DNA of 64,000 nucleotides from Candidatus Eiseniibacteriota bacterium (GTDB taxonomy: Bacteria > Eisenbacteria > RBG-16-71-46 > SZUA-252). The stretch spans positions 1,952,001 to 2,016,000 of the forward strand of contig OY969801.1 of the NCBI GenBank assembly GCA_963703225.1, in the 5' to 3' direction. The translations under genes and the position numbers were made by a program. The notes below the pieces were generated by a model, which was given only the letters and a program-made list of their open reading frames with translations, had not been told where the DNA came from and did not search any database. Shown here piece after piece: positions 61,092 to 64,000 of the stretch (position 1 is the stretch's first letter; each line of letters opens with the position of its first letter).

Positions 61092-61185
61092 CCGCCCTCC
61101 CGTCATCCTCGAAAAGACAACGTCCCGTCGCGTGGGGAGCGACGGGACGCGGTGCAACCGACGACTCAGCGAAGAAGCTGAATCG

Positions 61186-61497
61186 CTATTTCAGGTGCTT
61201 CGACACGTGCTTGGTCATCTCGAACATGCTGACCTGGCGCTTCCCTCCGAAGATCACCCGCAGCTTGTCGTCCGCGTTGATCATCGTCCGCTTCATCTTG
61301 TCCTGGAGCTTGTTCCGCTTGATGTAGGCCCACAGCTTCTTCGTCACTTCGGTACGAGGCATGGCCCTCGCGCCGATCACAGCTGAGAGGGCTGCGGACG
61401 GCATGAGCGGCTTCATGAACGCGGCGTTCGGCTTGCGCTTCTTCCTGGAGGCGACCTTCTTCTTCGCGGGCTTGCGTGCGCGCTTCTTTGCTGGCAT
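61186..61497 (-). CDS. Stand-alone SWIB/MDM2-domain protein with Lys-rich N-tail
   Basis: NAAFMKP, PRTEVTKKLWAYIK-x-LQD, INADDKL, VSMFEM; AAGGAG RBS. Confidence 0.92.
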   Translation of the reverse strand: MPAKKRARKPAKKKVASRKKRKPNAAFMKPLMPSAALSAVIGARAMPRTEVTKKLWAYIKRNKLQDKMKRTMINADDKLRVIFGGKRQVSMFEMTKHVSKHLK

Positions 61498-61621
61498 GCA
61501 CCTCTCCTTTCGTGAGCGTCGTGCCGATCCGAGTACGTCGGCGCCGGGAGGAATAACTACCACGCGCGCAGGAGAGGGGCAACACTTACAGAGGGATTTT
61601 TCGAGGTAAGGGCAAAAAATA

Positions 61622-61698
61622 TGGAGCGGAAGACGGGATTTGAACCCGCGACAACCACCTTGGCAAGGTGGGGCTCTACCGGGCTGAGCTACTTCCGC
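61622..61698 (-). tRNA. tRNA-Gly (GCC)
   Basis: 77-nt cloverleaf GCGGAAG...CCACC-TTGCCAA-GGTGG...GGTTCAAATCC...CTTCCGC-TCCA with encoded CCA. Confidence 0.97.
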
Positions 61699-61725
61699 TC
61701 GCTCATTTCTCCTCGAAGCCGCGCG

Positions 61726-61755
61726 AGTTTAGCCTCGTCCGAGCGAGCCCGTCAA
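61726..61755 (-). promoter_or_regulatory. Sigma-70 promoter of tRNA-Gly
   Basis: TTGACG-N18-TAAACT followed by a GC-rich discriminator; the -35 overlaps the glgA stop. Confidence 0.65.
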
Positions 61756-63341
61756 GGGGACCCCGGGGGCTCCCACCCTCTGGAAGTCTCCGCCGGACCG
61801 GGACGATCTCCCCGCTCCACCGTCTCGATCCAGCGGTTGAACCCGGCACCCATCCGCCGCGACGTATTCGATTGCCGATAGAGCTGGACGTACTTTCGGG
61901 CGGAGCCGGTCCAGGAGAAATCGAGCCCCATGCCGTTTCGGCGCGCCCGGTTCAGGCCAGCGGAATCCGCGTAGAGCCCGAGCGCGCGCTGAACCGCCTC
62001 GAGAAGCGCGTCCGGGGTGTAGGGGCCGAAGAGGATGCCCGTGCCGTCCACGCCCTCGCCCGGGACGATCGGCGTCACCGTGTCGGCGAGCCCGCCGGTC
62101 TCCCGGACGACCGGGATGGTGCCGTAGCGCATGCTCATCATCTGGTTCTGCCCGCACGGCTCGTATCGGGAGGGCATGAGAAAGAAATCGACGCCGGCCT
62201 CGATCCGATGGGCCAGCGGATCGTCGAAACCGCGACGATAGGCGACACGATCGCGGTGCCGCTCGGCCATGGCCTGGAAGAACGCCTCATACCGCGCCTC
62301 GCCGCTGCCGAGGACGACCCACCGCGCGGGCAGCGCGAAGAGCCGCTCGGCGGCGCCCTCCACGAGATCGAAGCCCTTCTGGTCGACGAGTCGGGAGATC
62401 ACCCCCACGAGAGGCAGCTCGGGCTTTCGTGGAAGCTGGACTTCCTCGAGGAGAGCCGCCTTGCAGATCGCCTTGCCCTCCAGGGATTCAGCGTCGAACC
62501 GGGCGGCGATCATTCGGTCGGTTCTCGGATTCCAGATGTTCACGTCGATCCCGTTCAGGATCCCCGTGAGATCGGCGCGGCGCGCGTTCAGGGTGCCCTG
62601 CAGGCCGAACCCGAACTCCTCCCCCGACTGAATCTCCTCGGCGTAGCGCTCGCTCACCGTCGTCAGTCGGTCCGCGAACTGGATCCCGGCCTTCAGGAAA
62701 TTCATCCGCCCCCAGAATTCGAACGGCGAGAGGGGGTAGAAGAAGTGGTCGGGAAATCCCGCGAGCCGCATGGTCTCCGGCGGGTAGACGCCCTGGTAGC
62801 CCAGGTTGTGGAGGGAGAGAATGTTCGCGGTCATCTGGAAGAACGCGTCCTCGGCGTAGAGAGTCCGAAGGTAGGCTGGGACGAGCGCGGTCTGGTAGTC
62901 GTTCGCGTGGATCACGTCGGGGACATACGCCGTGGCGCGCATCGCCTCGAGGCAGGCCCGCGAGAAGAAGGTGAACCGCGCGGCGTTATCGGGGAACGGC
63001 TCTCCGGTCTTGGGATCGACGTAAATGCCGGACCTGCCGAAGAAGGTCTCGTTCGCGATGAAGAAGTGGTGGTAGTGGGGTGGGTGGGCCGGGTGTCGCA
63101 GGCGGTAGATCAGACCGGGATGGTCCTCCCCACCGACGGGCACCTCGATCCTCGCGACCAATTCCAGCTCCGCACCCTCGGGTAGCGTCAGGTCGCCGTA
63201 CCGGGGAAGAAACACGGCGACGGAACATCCGAGGTCGGCCACGGCGCGGCTGAGCGCCCCAATCACGTCCGCCAGCCCCCCCACCTTGGCGAAGGGAACC
63301 GACTCCGCGCTCAGGATCGCGGCGCGATAGCGCTGGGCCAT
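61752..63341 (-). CDS. glgA: Glycogen synthase
   Basis: KVGGLADV, HANDYQT, HNLGYQG, GILNGID, SRL-x-QKG, MPSRYEPCG. Confidence 0.93.
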   Translation of the reverse strand: MAQRYRAAILSAESVPFAKVGGLADVIGALSRAVADLGCSVAVFLPRYGDLTLPEGAELELVARIEVPVGGEDHPGLIYRLRHPAHPPHYHHFFIANETFFGRSGIYVDPKTGEPFPDNAARFTFFSRACLEAMRATAYVPDVIHANDYQTALVPAYLRTLYAEDAFFQMTANILSLHNLGYQGVYPPETMRLAGFPDHFFYPLSPFEFWGRMNFLKAGIQFADRLTTVSERYAEEIQSGEEFGFGLQGTLNARRADLTGILNGIDVNIWNPRTDRMIAARFDAESLEGKAICKAALLEEVQLPRKPELPLVGVISRLVDQKGFDLVEGAAERLFALPARWVVLGSGEARYEAFFQAMAERHRDRVAYRRGFDDPLAHRIEAGVDFFLMPSRYEPCGQNQMMSMRYGTIPVVRETGGLADTVTPIVPGEGVDGTGILFGPYTPDALLEAVQRALGLYADSAGLNRARRNGMGLDFSWTGSARKYVQLYRQSNTSRRMGAGFNRWIETVERGDRPGPAETSRGWEPPGSP

Positions 63342-63378
63342 TCAGATTCAGATAGGACGTTAGGGATATCTCTCAATG

Positions 63379-64000
63379 TCATCGGGTATCGCCATTTGAA
63401 GAGTCCGACGATCTCATTCGAAACGCGCCCGGGTACCCCTCTGAGACGGCTCGCTCCCGGAGCGACTGTGCGAGGGCCTCGCTCGAGAACGCGCCGAGCC
63501 GAACTTTGTAGAGCGACCCCTCGAACTCGATGACGGAGGGAACGCCGAAGCGCGCGGACGCCTCCTTGGCGACCCGATCGGCTTGAGTCAGATCCGGCGA
63601 CGCGAAGATCTGCACACGCCAGACCGATGCGTGGCCGTCCCCCGTCGCGGCGGTCGACCCCCCTTCGGCGCGCGACTCCTGCGCCACGACAGTGGGCGCG
63701 GCATCCGAGTCGGGGAGCGCGGTTGGCGCGCCTTCGGTCCCGGGCGCGTCTTCCACGGGCGCGTCTTCGGTCCCGGCCGCCCCCTGGGTCACGTTCGCCG
63801 TCGCGTCGCCCACCGGAACCGGATCGGGAATCGACGCGAGCTCTCCAGGGGTGATGACCTCCGACGGATCGAGCGAGCCGGGCACCGCGATCGAAGCGGG
63901 CGAAGCCCCCGGTGCGGAGATCGTGGTGGACGAAGCCGCGGGGGCCGGCGGCTTCGCCACGGCTCGCGCGCAACCCAAGACCAGAACGAGCGCGGCAAGC
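63379..64000 (-). CDS. SPOR-domain lipoprotein (5' end outside window)
   Basis: Lipobox LVLGC, disordered linker, WRVQIFAS...YKVRLGAF...GYPGAF SPOR motif. Confidence 0.8.
   Translation of the reverse strand, partial: LAALVLVLGCARAVAKPPAPAASSTTISAPGASPASIAVPGSLDPSEVITPGELASIPDPVPVGDATANVTQGAAGTEDAPVEDAPGTEGAPTALPDSDAAPTVVAQESRAEGGSTAATGDGHASVWRVQIFASPDLTQADRVAKEASARFGVPSVIEFEGSLYKVRLGAFSSEALAQSLRERAVSEGYPGAFRMRSSDSSNGDTR

Noticed and set aside
61622..61698. tRNA-Gly as an integration site for a genomic island
   Set aside because: No integrase nearby and I saw no duplicate of the tRNA 3' end in the window

Overview
GC-rich bacterial chromosome segment with about 55 genes and one tRNA-Gly(GCC). 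A gingipain-type (C25) peptidase ending in a FlgD-Ig sorting-like domain suggests an FCB-affiliated lineage such as Ca. Eisenbacteria (inference). I found no integrase, transposase, prophage or CRISPR array. Main blocks: (1) a redox/stress cluster at 3.1-6.7 kb (FMN reductase, DsbA-like, peroxiredoxin, hydrolase, dps) holding two internally deleted gene relics (pirin and a non-heme haloperoxidase); (2) an extended NHEJ locus at 10.3-21.2 kb, where ligD heads a tightly coupled run (alpha/beta hydrolase, DUF72, TM0106/Dna2-like nuclease-helicase, EVE, DUF2277, DinB) and ku is paired with a MerR-HTH/TPR gene, which is the best candidate for an undescribed system; (3) a sigma-54 module (periplasmic protein, histidine kinase, enhancer-binding protein) facing a lipoprotein gene with a readable enhancer-IHF-(-24/-12) promoter; (4) an ABC ATPase plus permease-M1 aminopeptidase pair; (5) an 8-gene metal-linked operon (di-heme protein, porin, RND pump, ECF sigma/anti-sigma/Spy-like sensor, NiCoT); (6) amino-acid/amide catabolic genes including a Tat-signal small protein plus amidase pair; (7) SWIB, tRNA-Gly, glgA and a SPOR lipoprotein. 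Five long genes carry frameshifts that look like long-read indel errors. All family calls come from motif recognition by eye, not database searches.
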